A stretch of DNA of 64,000 bases from Candidatus Poribacteria bacterium (GTDB lineage: Bacteria > Poribacteria > WGA-4E > WGA-3G): the NCBI GenBank assembly GCA_965215265.1, contig OZ244048.1, positions 2,944,001-3,008,000 on the forward strand, read 5' to 3'. The notes under the pieces are model-generated. The model made no database searches. It was not told the DNA's origin and saw only the letters and a program-made list of their open reading frames with translations. The position numbers were made by a program, and so were the translations under genes. Positions 1 to 8,371 of the stretch are shown piece after piece (within the stretch, counting starts at the first letter, position 1; every line of letters begins with the position of its first letter).

Positions 1-187
1 CCACTCTTCAAGATGAATGTCTGCTTCTTTTTTCTCTTTCATGAGCATATGATTAACTTTTCGAGTGACTTTCAACCCTTTCTAACTTTGACTCTCTCGG
101 AGGCTCCGGGCGAGACGGACCCAAGGCGGGGGCACGAAGACATCGCGCACATCACTCGTTCCAGGACGGACTTGTCTACTATAAGAC

Positions 188-328
188 TTAACAGATGTGA
201 ATGAGGGGGGGGGTAAAATCAGTCAAAAACACTCGCATATATCCCAACAACAGCAGCAATACACGCACAGCACAGGTGACACCGGATACGCACGGTTTTC
301 GGAGACGCTTTATCCAGCGAGACTTCAT
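188..328 (-). CDS. putative 46-aa leader ORF with C9 tract (MKSRWIKRLRKPCVSGVTCAVRVLLLLLGYMRVFLTDFTPPLIHIC)
   Basis: Translated by hand; RBS AAAGGGGG upstream of ATG 328; consensus promoter at 416-444; too short for the ORF track. Confidence 0.45.
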   Translation of the reverse strand: MKSRWIKRLRKPCVSGVTCAVRVLLLLLGYMRVFLTDFTPPLIHIC

Positions 329-415
329 TTTCAATCCCCCTTTGGATGAGAACTAACGCTAGTCGTTCTAGTCGTTTGACTAGAAACGGACACCAAGTTT
401 ATATCAAATATTATA

Positions 416-444
416 ATTATACCCAAATTCGCAAAAAATGTCAA
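416..444 (-). promoter_or_regulatory. sigma70-type promoter TTGACA-N17-TATAAT
   Basis: Plus strand ATTATA 416-421 and TGTCAA 439-444, 17-nt spacer. Confidence 0.75.
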
Positions 445-547
445 CCTCTTTTTCACAATCCCAAATAAGCTGTGCCATTTTTTCTTTCAGGTCAGTAAAC
501 ACGGTTTTCTGAGGCTGGATATCTAAAATATTATACCCGAATTCGCA

Positions 548-616
548 TTTTTGTATATTTCAGCCCCATCAAGGGTTATGTATTGTTAAATCCGATGTAC
601 ATCTCGTCGGAGCCCT
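548..616 (+). repeat. dispersed repeat family PR1 (working name) copy
   Basis: TTTGTATAT...CCATCAA...GTACATCTCGTCGGAG; matches the reverse complement of the 154-bp tandem unit at 31922. Confidence 0.75.
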
Positions 617-624
617 TCGTTGTG

Positions 625-693
625 CCGGTGAAAAGCGGTGAAGACTTAACTCAAATTATACCACTTTTGGTAGTAAAGATGCCACCCTTTTTT
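625..693. repeat. ~70-bp direct repeat, copy 1 (copy 2 at 2043-2112)
   Basis: GCCGGT(G)AAAAGCGGTGAAGACTTAACTCAAATTATACCACTTTTGG(T/C)AGTAAAGATGCCACCCTTTTTT in both; contains minus-strand extended -10 TGGTATAAT. Confidence 0.9.
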
Positions 694-719
694 CTTCGGG
701 CGATTTCGTTTTCGCTTCT

Positions 720-884
720 GACACCGGAGAATCGCTTAAGCGGCTCACTGCGCATAAGTATAATGTCTATACCGTTGTGTTCAGCCCCGATGGTCGCACA
801 CTCGCTACTGGGAGTTCGGACAACACCATTCGACTCTGGGATGTCAACACAGGTAAACCCCTCAAAACTCTCATGTCTCTCTAA
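720..884 (+). pseudogene. orphan single WD40 repeat fragment
   Basis: DTGESLKRLTAHKYNVYTVVFSPDGRTLATGSSDNTIRLWDVNTGKPLKTL, no start codon; homologous to the repeats in 2259-3473. Confidence 0.8.
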
Positions 885-2002
885 GTGTGCAAGGCTTGTA
901 GGAACGCTTCAAAACAGGGTGTCTCAACGGCGATGAGATGCAGCTGCTTGAGCCGCGCCAGGTCTGGTATCGCTTCAAGCCGCGGTTGAGTCGTCTGCAC
1001 GTCGCTCTGCGGGAACCGTGCGGTGAGCACCGCGATGACGTTTTCTATCGCATTCCGGCGTGCACCTTGTTCAATGCCTTGTTCAATGCCTTGTTCAATG
1101 CCTTGTTCAATGCCTTGTTTGAGTCCTTGTTGCACGAGGACTTCTGCCATGGTTTCTGCCATCTGTTTTACCTCCATCTTATCTTCTGCGAGTTGTTCCA
1201 CTAATGCTACTAAGCCACTTTGTTCTGATAGCGGCCGACGATGCAAGATGAGCAGCAAGAAATAGACTATCGCCTCACGCCGCTGTTCGGCACCAACCGT
1301 ATCAAACTCATCAAGGTGCGCTATCGCCGTGCGTAACGCACCCCGTATCTCCGCCTCGTCTGCTCTCTCTTTTTGCAGCACCGTCAAAAGCCACCCGAAC
1401 GGATGATGCGTTTGAGTCAGCGTGGCGACATCGGTTTGCTTCACGCTCAGAAACAGCGTCTCAAAAGTCGGAACGAACCGGGCGAGTTCAGCCGGGATGT
1501 CCATCAGTGCCTCAAGTGTCAGCGGGGTTTTCCATTGCTGCTCGCCGGTATAAAACACTATCGGCAGTATCGGGGGCAACCGCCGCGCCGGTTTGGGCAT
1601 CTTGTCGTGTTCCCATTGCCTGCGATGTGCGTCCCAAATCAGCATCATATAAAACAGCACCCGAAACCCCATCGTCGCATCCACCGTCGATTGATGTTCC
1701 ACGAGCAGATAGATGAGCAGCGCCTCCGTGGCTGTCTCGGTTCTAAAGGGGACGCGGAACACGCTATCCGCCTCTTGCTCCCGCAGCACTTCCGGCAGCA
1801 GGCTTCTCGGGAGTGGAACAAGTTGGCTAAAATCTATGCGTTCTGCGATGTCAGCGGCGACGATTTCTAGCACGCCTCGGACGTTTTCGCCGTTTTGTAG
1901 CAAGCGCCGCACACTTCTGTCGGCGAAGTGTTCAACGCGTCCATCAAGGAGCGCACGGATGTGCTGCATCTGCGTGTCCACGTCTTTGGTTTCTTGCGTC
2001 AT
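881..2002 (-). CDS. Rpn/YhgA-like recombination-promoting nuclease (PD-(D/E)XK)
   Basis: EAD..F, YLLVEHQS, LPPILPIVFYTG motifs; C-terminal QGIE repeats. Confidence 0.9.
   Translation of the reverse strand: MTQETKDVDTQMQHIRALLDGRVEHFADRSVRRLLQNGENVRGVLEIVAADIAERIDFSQLVPLPRSLLPEVLREQEADSVFRVPFRTETATEALLIYLLVEHQSTVDATMGFRVLFYMMLIWDAHRRQWEHDKMPKPARRLPPILPIVFYTGEQQWKTPLTLEALMDIPAELARFVPTFETLFLSVKQTDVATLTQTHHPFGWLLTVLQKERADEAEIRGALRTAIAHLDEFDTVGAEQRREAIVYFLLLILHRRPLSEQSGLVALVEQLAEDKMEVKQMAETMAEVLVQQGLKQGIEQGIEQGIEQGIEQGARRNAIENVIAVLTARFPQSDVQTTQPRLEAIPDLARLKQLHLIAVETPCFEAFLQALHT
1074..1120. repeat. 12-bp tandem repeat (CCTTGTTCAATG, ~4x) encoding QGIE units in Rpn
   Basis: Seen directly in sequence. 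Confidence 0.9.
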
Positions 2003-2042
2003 TTCTCTCCTCTATGCCGGCGGACTGTCGTTTGGGCAGCCC

Positions 2043-2112
2043 GCCGGTAAAAAGCGGTGAAGACTTAACTCAAATTATACCACTTTTGGCAGTAAAGATG
2101 CCACCCTTTTTT
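2043..2112. repeat. ~70-bp direct repeat, copy 2; probable promoter of rpn
   Basis: Near-identical to 625-693. Confidence 0.9.
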
Positions 2113-2258
2113 TTAGGTTGTGTTCAGCCAAACCTCTAAAAAAAAGAGTGACTTTTTTTACAATCTGTGGTATACTTCTTTATGAGCCAAGTGGAAAACT
2201 GGAAAAAACAAGCAGCGTGCACCCATGCAGGCAAACAAAAATGACTGGAGGAAGTCAA

Positions 2259-3473
2259 ATGAAAAAGAGGTTAACGGTATTCGGTTTATTAACTCTTCTG
2301 GTAACGAGCGTTTTTCTCCCAGTTGCGTCGGGTCAGTTTCTGGCAGAGACGCAGTGGGGTTTACCCGATGGGGCGATTGCGCGCCTCGGCAGAGGCTCGG
2401 TAGGTGAGGTAGCATATTCGCCGGATGGTTCTCAGCTTGCAGTGGTAAGTAGCATCGGTATTTGGCTGTATGATGCGGAGACGGGTGAGCCGCTCGACCT
2501 ACTCACGGGGCATACGTCTTTTATCTTGAGCATAGCGTTCAGTCCAGATGGTAGCACGCTCGCTAGTGGGAGTATGCGAACCATTCGGCTCTGGGATGTG
2601 AACACGGGCGATACACTCAAAACTCTCACGGGGCATACGGCGCCTGTCTTGAGCGTAGCGTTCAGCGGAGATGGCAGAACACTCGCAACTGGGAGTAGGG
2701 ACAGAACCATTCGTCTGTGGGATGTGAACACAGGCGAGACTCTCAAAACTCTCACCGGGCATACGGATTGGGTCAGGAGCATAGCGTTCAGTCCAGATGG
2801 TAGCACCCTCGCTAGTGGGAGTTGGGACGGCGCCGTGCTGCTCTGGGACCTCCGTCCTCCTACTGCCCCTGCTGCAGCGGAGGACATCAACGCGGATGGG
2901 CTTGTCAACATTCAAGACCTCGTTTTAGTCGCCGCAGCGTTTGGGGAGACAGGCGAGAGCCGTGCAGATGTCAACGGCGATGAACTCGTCAATATCCTGG
3001 ATCTCACGCTCGTGGCGGCGGCATTCGGGAAAGCACCGGCAGCAGGACAGCAGGGCCAGGCGCTGATGCGAGCAGAAGTGCAGCAATGGCTCACTGAAGC
3101 ACGGCAGCTGAATCTCACAGACGCGGGTGTCCAGCGTGGGCTTGTGGTCCTCGAGCAGCTCCTCGCCGCACTCACACCGCAAGAGAACGCCCTTTTGCCA
3201 AACTACCCCAACCCGTTCAACCCCGAGACGTGGATGCCGTATCAATTGGAAAAACCGGCAGCCGTGTCGGTGCATATCTATTCCGCACACGGCATGCTCG
3301 TTCGGACACTGTCGCTTGGGCATCAGCAGGCGGGGTTTTACCGGACTCGGGCGCGTGCCGCGTATTGGGATGGCAGAAACGCCGTCGGGGAGCCGGTGGC
3401 GAGCGGTGTCTACTTCTACACGCTCACCGCTGGGGACTTCGCCGCTACACGCAAAATGTTGATTCGCAAGTAA
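2259..3473 (+). CDS. secreted WD40-repeat protein with dockerin-like (EF-hand) module and C-terminal FlgD-Ig/T9SS-type-A-like domain
   Basis: GGAGG RBS then MKKRL signal peptide; GH...WD repeats; DINADGLVNIQDLV and DVNGDELVNILDL; LLPNYPNPFNPETW...ASGVYFY...TRKMLIRK. Confidence 0.9.
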   Translation: MKKRLTVFGLLTLLVTSVFLPVASGQFLAETQWGLPDGAIARLGRGSVGEVAYSPDGSQLAVVSSIGIWLYDAETGEPLDLLTGHTSFILSIAFSPDGSTLASGSMRTIRLWDVNTGDTLKTLTGHTAPVLSVAFSGDGRTLATGSRDRTIRLWDVNTGETLKTLTGHTDWVRSIAFSPDGSTLASGSWDGAVLLWDLRPPTAPAAAEDINADGLVNIQDLVLVAAAFGETGESRADVNGDELVNILDLTLVAAAFGKAPAAGQQGQALMRAEVQQWLTEARQLNLTDAGVQRGLVVLEQLLAALTPQENALLPNYPNPFNPETWMPYQLEKPAAVSVHIYSAHGMLVRTLSLGHQQAGFYRTRARAAYWDGRNAVGEPVASGVYFYTLTAGDFAATRKMLIRK

Positions 3474-3559
3474 CTTTTCCTTGAACGGGTCTGGTGGGAA
3501 CTTGGCACGTGCCCATTTCGCCAGAGCCGTTTTGGCCATTAATTGACTCAAAATCTTAT

Positions 3560-3702
3560 AGACAAATCCAGAAAATTTGGCAGGTGATCATCAGCAGAAA
3601 CCAAAATTTTATCTGCTCGGAATGCTACCCTATACCTCGGGTAGCGGGCTCCACATGGGACATGCAAAAAACTATGTGCCGACAGATGTGCTTGCCAAGA
3701 AT
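3560..3702 (+). pseudogene. leuS: degenerate 5' fragment of leucyl-tRNA synthetase
   Basis: IQKIWQ, then after a frameshift [34 protein letters not shown] (HIGH-type motif HMGH); similarity ends abruptly. Confidence 0.75.
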
Positions 3703-4009
3703 ATAGACATCCTGCAAGCATTGCAACTCGACTTTGACTTAATTTCCGTTCTCCTTTGCGACTTCAGCGAGTTTAATAAATCCATCTTTCTCTGTCCAAT
3801 GTTGAGCGTAAGAATATTTTACCACAATCTGGTGTTTTGCGACTATCGCTTTTTGGTGCTCTCCCCTGGCGGTATGAACGTTTGCGACTACCAACCAACA
3901 TCGGGCAACCTTGTTCAGGTGCGAATAGCTTCCTCATTGTGCGGGGGGACTGAAGAAATTCGTATATCCCCGTATAAGAAATCTCCCTGCTCGCAGGGAT
4001 AATTCTTAA

Positions 4010-4150
4010 CCGTCAACGTCTATGATTTTGGAAGTGCGTGTGTAAATTTCGTCAGAGACTTCTTAGGTATAGTATAACCTAATGTTTTCTAATCGTATGG
4101 AATTTTGTTGCCCTACTCGTTTTGGGCGATGCTAAGGGCTTTTACATCAA
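4010..4150 (+). repeat. PR1 repeat copy (degenerate, long form)
   Basis: CGTCAACGTCTATG...GTGTGTAAATTTCGTCAGAGAC.TCTTAGG...GGGCGATGCTAAGGGCTTTTACATC resembles the reverse complement of the 154-bp unit. Confidence 0.6.
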
Positions 4151-5079
4151 TTCGGTGTGTTGAAGATGGCGCGGTTGACTCGCATGATTATTTTTCTCCA
4201 GGGTTGTTTCGGCTGTTGATTTTTATCGGTTTCCGACATCTCCAGGGTTGTGGTTTGTGGAAACCAGATCTCGGGTTCAAACTGTTCAAGTTGGTATGTA
4301 TACCGGGTTAATGACCTTCGTTCTTCCGTGTGCCTTTCTTGATGAAGACCGCGTGTCATTAAGATGCTCTGCATTTCTTTCCGATATACCAATATGCGCG
4401 TCGGAAGAAAACTCTTGCATGGATCTCGGTACATTTCAATAGTCCGGGTATTGTCTGAATCGGTGCGGCACAATGTGAGGGCATAGACGGTTTGCTCTTT
4501 TTCGTTGATCTTTTCAACTGTAATGGGTGTAAAGATACGAAAATTCGTGTAGAGGTTTATCCAGTGCATCGGATTGAAAAGGTCATCTAATCGATGCGAA
4601 GGCATTGTCGGTTGCTCTTTCCACTCGGTGCCGATTTTCTCCCAGACATGCACTGTTTTCCCTGTTCTCAGATAGTGGTGATGGGTTTCTTTCCAGTTTG
4701 AAAGCGGAGGCCCGTAGAGTTCCATCTTATAACGGGCTTTCACGTCGTAAAATTGGTGTTCTGCGTCAAATTGATAGGTAATCTCCCACCGCCCTTTTTC
4801 TTCATAAGTGTCTTTACGTCGGGCTGCAGTCGGTATCCGCCTGGGTCCACTGAGGATGAGCGTGAAGTCAATCACGCCGCTTTTGAGTTTTGCCTTGTAA
4901 ATTTGAATACCCACTTTTACCGCTTCGAGCAATTGCGTTGCTTCTGCGGAGAGTTCAACGTTTTCAGGTGTTTTCGGTGTCTGTGGCACTGCAGGTGTGT
5001 CAAACAATAAAGACAGACAGAAGCAGGAAACGGAAAAGAAAAGTGAGAAACGACATTCCAAAATCTGTGTAATCCGCAT
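4147..5079 (-). CDS. secreted hypothetical protein, possible LolA-like beta fold; paralog of 5091-6251
   Basis: N-terminal hydrophobic signal; DPCKSFLPTR and PEIWFPQ match NPQKSYRPER and PDLWFPQ of the neighbour. Confidence 0.7.
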   Translation of the reverse strand: MRITQILECRFSLFFSVSCFCLSLLFDTPAVPQTPKTPENVELSAEATQLLEAVKVGIQIYKAKLKSGVIDFTLILSGPRRIPTAARRKDTYEEKGRWEITYQFDAEHQFYDVKARYKMELYGPPLSNWKETHHHYLRTGKTVHVWEKIGTEWKEQPTMPSHRLDDLFNPMHWINLYTNFRIFTPITVEKINEKEQTVYALTLCRTDSDNTRTIEMYRDPCKSFLPTRILVYRKEMQSILMTRGLHQERHTEERRSLTRYTYQLEQFEPEIWFPQTTTLEMSETDKNQQPKQPWRKIIMRVNRAIFNTPN

Positions 5080-5090
5080 CGGATGTCCTC

Positions 5091-6251
5091 CTACTCAACT
5101 TTAAAGGATTCATGGGTTCGCGTGTCAAAAATAGTAGCCCCGGAGGGTGGTTCTAGGGCAAAACGGCGAGCCGAAATCGGTTCGTTAATCCGCACGTTTG
5201 TAAGGTGCATCGTAGTTGTCTCCAGAGAGGTTTCAGCACCGGTTTCAAGATTCACAAGCGATGTCACGGATTGGGCGGATTGTGGGAACCAGAGGTCAGG
5301 GGCGACTTCCACGAAATCAAAGTCTTTTATCACTTGGTGCCGCTGTTCGGGGCCTTCAGTAGAAAACATAAAGCGTTCAGGACGGTAACTTTTCTGTGGG
5401 TTAAGCCAGAGTTCAACTTCTACGGCTTCTTGCACAGTCCCTTTGATGTGATAAACGGAGGCGTTGTCCCAATTGACAGACTGTATCTGTTCGACATTGA
5501 TAGCATCGATAAGTTCTGCAAAGGGACTACCATCGCTGAGGTTCCATCCCCAGAAACGTGGGTCGTATGCTGTGTTATACCTGATGTCGCTGCCGCGTGT
5601 TAAGACTGTGCCGTTCGGCGTTTCGCGAAGTTCTTCAAAAGTCTCGCCATCATAAGCGAAGTGTTTTGTGTCAAAAACGTGTAGACTTCCGTGCTGCTCA
5701 TTATACTCAGTCGCGTTTTGTGTCACGCTGCCGGTGACTCGGTTTCCAGAAAACGCAAAGGTTCCTTCCCAAGTGCCCTTGGGGGCCTGTAACATGCTGT
5801 CTTCTAGAATAGGGTGACTTGATATCTCCATGAAAAAGTCTACGCTCCCGCTTTCGACGAGGCTATCGTAATAGGAGACACCTTCGCGGACGAGTTGAAA
5901 CATTTCGCCTTGCGTGAGTTCAGTGGAACTGTCTGCGGTTTCATCCTCGGTGAGAATACTGTTTCCCGAGAGGTTTTGTTCTTCCAATGTTGAGAGGAAG
6001 TCGATTGCTTCTGTCACAACGGCAAAATCTGGTGTCGTGTTCTCTATTTGTGTTGTTTCTTCAGCTGTAGTGGCGAGTTCCGTCACGGCTGGCACATCAG
6101 ATAAATGGGCAGATGCAGTCGTTTTTATCACTGTAACAGTTGAGTGAACATCCCGATAAGTTGTATACCAATAGATGATTAAGGCACTCATAAGAACAAT
6201 TGCAATGATTGCTAGTGCCCATGCTTTGGTGTGTCGCGTTTTTTCTCTCAT
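5091..6251 (-). CDS. membrane-anchored hypothetical protein, possible LolA-like beta fold
   Basis: N-terminal TM helix; AYDGE, DPRFWG, WFPQ, VRINEPI...F..P.GATIFD; AAGGA RBS at the ATG 6251 start. Confidence 0.75.
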   Translation of the reverse strand: MREKTRHTKAWALAIIAIVLMSALIIYWYTTYRDVHSTVTVIKTTASAHLSDVPAVTELATTAEETTQIENTTPDFAVVTEAIDFLSTLEEQNLSGNSILTEDETADSSTELTQGEMFQLVREGVSYYDSLVESGSVDFFMEISSHPILEDSMLQAPKGTWEGTFAFSGNRVTGSVTQNATEYNEQHGSLHVFDTKHFAYDGETFEELRETPNGTVLTRGSDIRYNTAYDPRFWGWNLSDGSPFAELIDAINVEQIQSVNWDNASVYHIKGTVQEAVEVELWLNPQKSYRPERFMFSTEGPEQRHQVIKDFDFVEVAPDLWFPQSAQSVTSLVNLETGAETSLETTTMHLTNVRINEPISARRFALEPPSGATIFDTRTHESFKVE

Positions 6252-6390
6252 GGTGAGGTGATCCTTTTGTTTGGGGTGACGCGTATTAAAACGCGTCACC
6301 GTTGGTTTTTCCGGGCGTTCCGGAAAGAATCATGAGGCAACCTGCCCCTCGTCGTTTATGAGTATAGCGAGGCCGTTGTCTTCATGACGA

Positions 6391-6822
6391 CTAACATGAG
6401 CTCTGCGTCTCTATCGTATAAACCCCATTTGTCCATATTCTAGTGATATATGAAGTTCGGAACCACGATATACAGTAGGGACCCACATAATCATACTGCT
6501 CTGCACATTGTTGGTTGTTTTCAGTAGTTGTAATGCAATCTGTGGATGAACTGTTTGTTCCACAAACAGCGTGGCCCCCACCCGATCGTTTGGAAGAGAT
6601 CCATCCGGAGCCGCTCCAAGACGTTTCGCAGTCTGAGGAGGCACAGACACCAGATGTGGGATAAACCTGCGCGTAGGTTTCGCACGGCCCCGCTCCCCGT
6701 GTTGCAAGCATTTCTGCTTGACTGAGGGTTTGGAAGGGAGCGTCGGGGTGAAAATTCACCTCCAATAGAGTGAGTCCTGCAATGAGCATGAGGAAGAGTA
6801 TCGGAAAAACTGTTGATTTCAT
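6391..6822 (-). CDS. Cys-rich precursor with signal peptide and double-glycine-type leader
   Basis: ACAGGAG RBS; hydrophobic N-terminus; LSQAEMLATRGA motif; 8 Cys in a Ser/Thr/Gly-rich core ending in Cys. Confidence 0.75.
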   Translation of the reverse strand: MKSTVFPILFLMLIAGLTLLEVNFHPDAPFQTLSQAEMLATRGAGPCETYAQVYPTSGVCASSDCETSWSGSGWISSKRSGGGHAVCGTNSSSTDCITTTENNQQCAEQYDYVGPYCISWFRTSYITRIWTNGVYTIETQSSC

Positions 6823-6907
6823 TCTGAAATTCTCCTGTAAGTCTGCCGAGCCGTCCGGCCTCGGCGGTTTGTGTCGTATTCCCACACGCTGTTGTGTGGG
6901 AATCTTT

Positions 6908-8344
6908 CTATTTTGTAACTAAAGCAAAGACTTGTATTTTGATAATATGCATTTTCGGATGATTTGTGTGTATCCTAACCTCACCTTTTAGAATGCCAGT
7001 CGGTAGCAGCGGTGGCAACGTCAAACGCAGCTCGTAGCGATTTTCGTCTGTGAATGCGTCCACCTGAACTGTGCCGACATCGGTTTCTACCTTCTCAATC
7101 TGGATGTCGGTGTCGCTGTAGTTGTGAAGCACCACCACTTTTGTATTTCCTTCAGTGGCTTTGATGCGTCCGAAAAAAAAGCGTTTGGGAGTCAGTGTGT
7201 ATCGCGGGTTCACTTTCCCAGAAATCGGTAAGGTGATGCTCTTTGTTTTCCCATCGCTTTCTTCGTAGTGGACGGTGAGCGTTTCATCAACTCTTTTATC
7301 TCTCGGCATCTGCTCTGTTTCAAAATAGAGTTCAATGTTGGCGTGCCGCCAGGGCGAAATGACAGCGTCACTTCGAAGAACAGGTTGTATCCAGGCTTGT
7401 GAGGGCTCGATTTTGAGGATTTTCGCAGCAGTCTCATTCAGGTTTTGGATCGCTACGGTTCTTTTGATCTGAGATGTGCTGGTACCTTGAATAGAGAGGG
7501 TTTCAGGGATGCAGACGAGGGAAAACTCACGGATGAGACCAAGAGAAATAAAAGTATGTGGGCGTTTCGGGGCCTCTGTTTCAAGATGAATAGTGGTAAA
7601 GAGCGAACGGTTAGCGGCATTCGCATCCCATGTTACATCTAAAAAGGTGGAGCCCCTTGCGCGGATGACGGCACTCTGTTTTTTGGTAATGGTGCAGTTG
7701 CAATTCGCGGCAATGTTCAGGATTTTTAGTGGGGTAATACTGACATTTCGGAGCTGTACAGGTATACCGTATTCGCCAGTTTTTCCCTTTCCAAAGTCAA
7801 ACAACGTAGGGGATGCGACTAAAGCCGGCTGCCAATAAGACTGCTGTTTTTGTGAAAGGACAAGGATTTTGCCCGTCCAAAGTTCCAAAAAGCGATCGCA
7901 TGAGATAACGGTGGCGGCGTCACGTAAAGTATTCCGAGGTGTGTCAAACATTCGAACCCACTTGTCAGTTGCATGTTCAACCACAATGAAGTGCCCAACC
8001 GTGCCATCAGCTGCAGATGGATTTTCATCCGCAAACGTAGTCTTGAGATGTGCGATGACGGGTGTGTTCAACATTTGTAGCTCGGCGTAGGTGAGTTTGG
8101 CACCTTGGAGTTCAAGACCTATCGCGTTGCCACAGTCGATCAATTCCACAAAACTCGCGATGCGACCGCCTTCCTGTTTCGCTTTTACGGCAGTGTTGGC
8201 TGTGTCCAGCGATACCTCAAGACCTAAGAGCGTAGCAAGGTGATAGAGACTCGCGGCACCGCAAGCGTGTTTGGCATCGGTTTGCGCGTAGGCGACCGGA
8301 AGTATCAACAATATGATGAGAAGTAGGGTGGCTAAAAATTTCAT
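6908..8344 (-). CDS. secreted C39-family cysteine peptidase with DUF1573/Ig-like domains
   Basis: Signal peptide ending AYA; ACG, GHFIVV, MFD triad pattern; LRN....LKI.NI.ANCNCT DUF1573-like motif. Confidence 0.85.
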   Translation of the reverse strand: MKFLATLLLIILLILPVAYAQTDAKHACGAASLYHLATLLGLEVSLDTANTAVKAKQEGGRIASFVELIDCGNAIGLELQGAKLTYAELQMLNTPVIAHLKTTFADENPSAADGTVGHFIVVEHATDKWVRMFDTPRNTLRDAATVISCDRFLELWTGKILVLSQKQQSYWQPALVASPTLFDFGKGKTGEYGIPVQLRNVSITPLKILNIAANCNCTITKKQSAVIRARGSTFLDVTWDANAANRSLFTTIHLETEAPKRPHTFISLGLIREFSLVCIPETLSIQGTSTSQIKRTVAIQNLNETAAKILKIEPSQAWIQPVLRSDAVISPWRHANIELYFETEQMPRDKRVDETLTVHYEESDGKTKSITLPISGKVNPRYTLTPKRFFFGRIKATEGNTKVVVLHNYSDTDIQIEKVETDVGTVQVDAFTDENRYELRLTLPPLLPTGILKGEVRIHTNHPKMHIIKIQVFALVTK

Positions 8345-8371
8345 GATTGTTTCTCCAAGCCTAGAGATGAT

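Noticed and set aside
720-3473. DGR template/variable repeat pair (WD40 fragment vs WD40 gene)
   Set aside because: Differences are not confined to adenines, and no reverse transcriptase is in the window
3577-4002. 141-aa ORF as an intact gene
   Set aside because: Only the first ~40 codons resemble LeuRS; the rest looks non-coding
6391-6822. Lanthipeptide/thiopeptide/sactipeptide precursor call
   Set aside because: Ser/Thr/Cys-rich, but no LanB/C/M, YcaO or radical SAM gene nearby, and it has a Sec-type signal
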